Shown here in pieces: positions 5,913 to 7,741 of a stretch of 7,741 bases of DNA; within the stretch, counting starts at the first letter, position 1, and the number at the start of each line of letters is the position of its first letter. The translations under genes were made by a program, and so were the position numbers. The stretch comes from a virus. Its lineage: Duplodnaviria > Heunggongvirae > Uroviricota > Caudoviricetes. The notes under the pieces were generated by a model that had not been told where the DNA came from, did no database searches, and was given only the letters and a program-made list of their open reading frames with translations. The stretch lies in IMG/VR virus record IMGVR_UViG_2711768010_000001. One strand, written 5' to 3'.

Positions 5913-7133
5913 ATGAAATACTTTTTTGAGACCAGGCTCGGGGAAACCCGATACCGCCTGGCTGACGGCTCGTTGCTGTGCAAAGACGTGCCGATAGGAC
6001 GAACAGGTAAGCAGCTCTATGGTGCTGATGACCTGCCAAAACTGAAACCCGATAAGTTCGGTGAAATAGTCGTCACGCGTTCTCCTGAGCAGGTATTCCA
6101 TCCGGCCACGCTTGCCTCATTCGAAGGGATGAGCATCACGATCCTGCATCCTGAAGATGAAAACGGGAATGTGCGGCTGGTAAATCCCGAGAACTGGAAA
6201 GAGCTTGCTGTCGGGCACCTCCAGAATGTCCGGCGCGGGACGGGTGAGCAGTCTGATTTGATGCTGGCTGACCTTATCGTCAAAGACGAAAGCGCCATTC
6301 AGCTTATCGAAGATGGCCTGCGCGAAGTGTCGTGCGGCTATGACGCGGAGTACGAGCAGACCGAGCCAGGTAAAGCCGAGCAGGTCGATATTACCGGAAA
6401 CCATGTGGCTCTTGTCCCTAAAGGCAGAGCCGGAAATCGTTGTGCAATTGGAGACAGAGACACAATGGCAAATCAAAAGAAAAACTGGTGGAACCGCATG
6501 CGTGCGGCCATCAAGACAGGAGATGCCGACACCATGAACGAACTGGTGGAGTCGGCTCCCGCATCGGTTACAGGAGATGAGGGGGATTTGCCGCAGGGCG
6601 TTAATCTCAACATCAACCTGTCCCCGCAGCAACCACTACCGGACAAAGCACCAGAGATGGGCGGAGATCCAACCGGCGACAGTGATGATGACCTCAAAAC
6701 ATTACTGAAAGCCCTGCTGGCTAAGCTGGAAAGAAATGCCACGGGCGATAACGATAATAAGCCTGACGATAATCCGACCGGTGACGGCGAGGACGATGAA
6801 GAGGAAACCACGATTACTGGTGACTCAGCCTGGCGTGCCGAAGTTATCGTTCCGGGTATCGATCTGAGCCGTAAGATGAAACCGACCGCGTTCAAACGCG
6901 AGGTTCTGGCTTCTGCTGACAAAACGCTGGTTCGCCAGATAGTCGGTGATGCGGATATCCGCAAATTACCGAAACAATCGGTCGACATGGCGTTTAATGC
7001 CGTGTCTGAGGTTGCCAAAGGGCGAAACACCCGCGCCACCACCGGCGATGCACAGCGCCTAAACATGGGCATGACCAGTATCGCTTCCCTGAACAAACAA
7101 AACGCTGAATTCTGGGCAAACCGTAAAGGGTAA
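5913..7133 (+). CDS. DUF2213-family phage protein (PBSX XkdF-like putative prohead protease or scaffold) with an acidic low-complexity middle region
   Basis: N-terminal 180 aa carry motifs I associate with DUF2213 (RTGKQLY, RSPEQVF, ITILHP, SCGYDAEYE, NHVALVPKGRAG). Middle region is Asp/Glu-rich with repeated TGD tripeptides. Helical C-terminus. Position between the Mu F gene and downstream capsid genes is typical. Stop TAA. Confidence 0.8.
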   Translation: MKYFFETRLGETRYRLADGSLLCKDVPIGRTGKQLYGADDLPKLKPDKFGEIVVTRSPEQVFHPATLASFEGMSITILHPEDENGNVRLVNPENWKELAVGHLQNVRRGTGEQSDLMLADLIVKDESAIQLIEDGLREVSCGYDAEYEQTEPGKAEQVDITGNHVALVPKGRAGNRCAIGDRDTMANQKKNWWNRMRAAIKTGDADTMNELVESAPASVTGDEGDLPQGVNLNINLSPQQPLPDKAPEMGGDPTGDSDDDLKTLLKALLAKLERNATGDNDNKPDDNPTGDGEDDEEETTITGDSAWRAEVIVPGIDLSRKMKPTAFKREVLASADKTLVRQIVGDADIRKLPKQSVDMAFNAVSEVAKGRNTRATTGDAQRLNMGMTSIASLNKQNAEFWANRKG

Positions 7134-7136
7134 AAA

Positions 7137-7643
7137 ATGAATAATGTATTTCTGTACCGGATGCCTGTTGGCATTGCCGGGGCTGTCTCTCGCCCGCAGG
7201 ACTTAACCGTCGAACCGGTGGTCCTTAAATCCGATAACGCCTTCGCTGCCTATGGCCTGGCTGGTAAATACGATGATGACGGTTTTTTCGTGCCGCTGGC
7301 AGATGGTGATACCGCAGACAAGGTGAAGGGGATCTACGTGCGCCCTTATCCGACCACGTCGCAGCCGGACATGGTTCGCCAGGTGGGAACAGGCAAGAAC
7401 TTCCCGGGCGACGCCATGAAGCGTGGCTACGTGACCGTTAATCTCGGTTCTGATTTTGATGCCAGCACTATCAAAAAAGGCGATCCGGTATACGTTGTCG
7501 TCTCCACTGATGAATCCATCAAAGTGCCGCTGGGTGGATTCATGTCCACGTCAGTCAGTGGCAAAAACGTGGTGCTGACCAACGCTGAATTCACAGGTGC
7601 CGGTGATGCTGACGGCAATGCAGAAATTTCCTGGAAGATTTAA
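7137..7643 (+). CDS. Small phage head-associated structural protein (function uncertain; possibly decoration or cement)
   Basis: 168-codon ORF with AAGGG 6 nt upstream of the ATG. Coding-like composition; Gly, Asp, Val and Thr-rich with no hydrophobic segment. Sits where head accessory or capsid genes follow the scaffold gene. Stop TAA 7641-7643. Confidence 0.7.
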   Translation: MNNVFLYRMPVGIAGAVSRPQDLTVEPVVLKSDNAFAAYGLAGKYDDDGFFVPLADGDTADKVKGIYVRPYPTTSQPDMVRQVGTGKNFPGDAMKRGYVTVNLGSDFDASTIKKGDPVYVVVSTDESIKVPLGGFMSTSVSGKNVVLTNAEFTGAGDADGNAEISWKI

Positions 7644-7658
7644 GGAACAGACGAATGA

Positions 7659-7741
7659 GGTGATGCTGCCAACTTACTGATTTAGTGTATGATGGTGTTT
7701 TTGAGGTGCTCCAGTGGCTTCTGTTTCTATCAGCTGTCCCT
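7659..7741 (+). mobile_element. IS1 left end (partial; continues beyond the window end)
   Basis: ggtgatgctgccaacttactgatttagtgtatgatggtgtttttgaggtgctccagtggcttctgtttctatcagctgtccct matches my recollection of the IS1 left terminal inverted repeat and the 5' region of insA (the same sequence that pACYC vectors carry via Tn9). Starts 16 nt after the stop of the preceding head gene. Confidence 0.85.
7714..7741 (+). CDS. insA: IS1 InsA, first 9 codons only (partial)
   Basis: GTG at 7714 (GAGG 7 nt upstream) followed by gct tct gtt tct atc agc tgt ccc, giving (M)ASVSISCP, the known InsA N-terminus. Truncated by the window end. Confidence 0.6.

Noticed and set aside
6473-7174. 233-aa minus-strand ORF (Ser-rich), plus other antisense ORFs at 6117-6632, 5796-6101, 5701-6039, 5367-5768, 4828-5271, 4085-4534, 3255-3650 and 2751-3113
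   Set aside because: All lie antisense to well-supported + strand structural genes, lack RBS and recognisable motifs, and the Ser-rich one is simply the complement of the Asp/Glu-rich linker. They are shadow ORFs.
7620-7662. 14-nt identity (atttcctggaagat) between the 3' end of the 168-aa gene and a segment I recall from the p15A RNAII region
   Set aside because: Short, flanking similarity is weak, and it rests on recollection; consistent with chance.
7659-7741. 3' end first looked like the p15A replicon region of pACYC-type cloning vectors, suggesting a phage-plasmid junction or vector contamination
   Set aside because: The matching part of pACYC184 is itself an IS1 fragment carried in from Tn9. 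The window sequence reads as the IS1 terminal repeat followed by the insA start (MASVSISCP), so IS1 is the simpler explanation. No p15A ori-specific sequence is present in the window.

Overview
This window reads as a fragment of a decayed tailed-phage prophage in an IS-rich enterobacterial genome, not as a novel system; I found no recognisable defence or toxin system. All late genes are on the + strand. Left to right: the reverse complement of the IS2 left end (1-86) sits inside the 3' end of a pinholin gene, leaving only its last codons (89-109). A SAR endolysin follows (109-472) and runs into a 240-nt N gap (473-712). After the gap come the C-terminal parts of the Rz i-spanin (713-895) and the embedded Rz1 o-spanin (714-851). 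An AT-rich moron carries a minus-strand DedA/YqaA-like membrane protein (984-1493). The packaging and head module is terS (1691-2455), terL (about 2406-3809), a portal gene (3809-5275) interrupted by two in-frame TAG codons, a Mu F / SPP1 gp7-like head morphogenesis protein (5127-5909), a DUF2213-like protein (5913-7133) and a small structural protein (7137-7643). The window ends in the left end of IS1 (7659-7741). The most notable points are three independent inactivating lesions (IS2, two amber codons, IS1), the moron, and a short repeat array inside terS. All family assignments are from reading the translations and recalled family knowledge; no database search was run.
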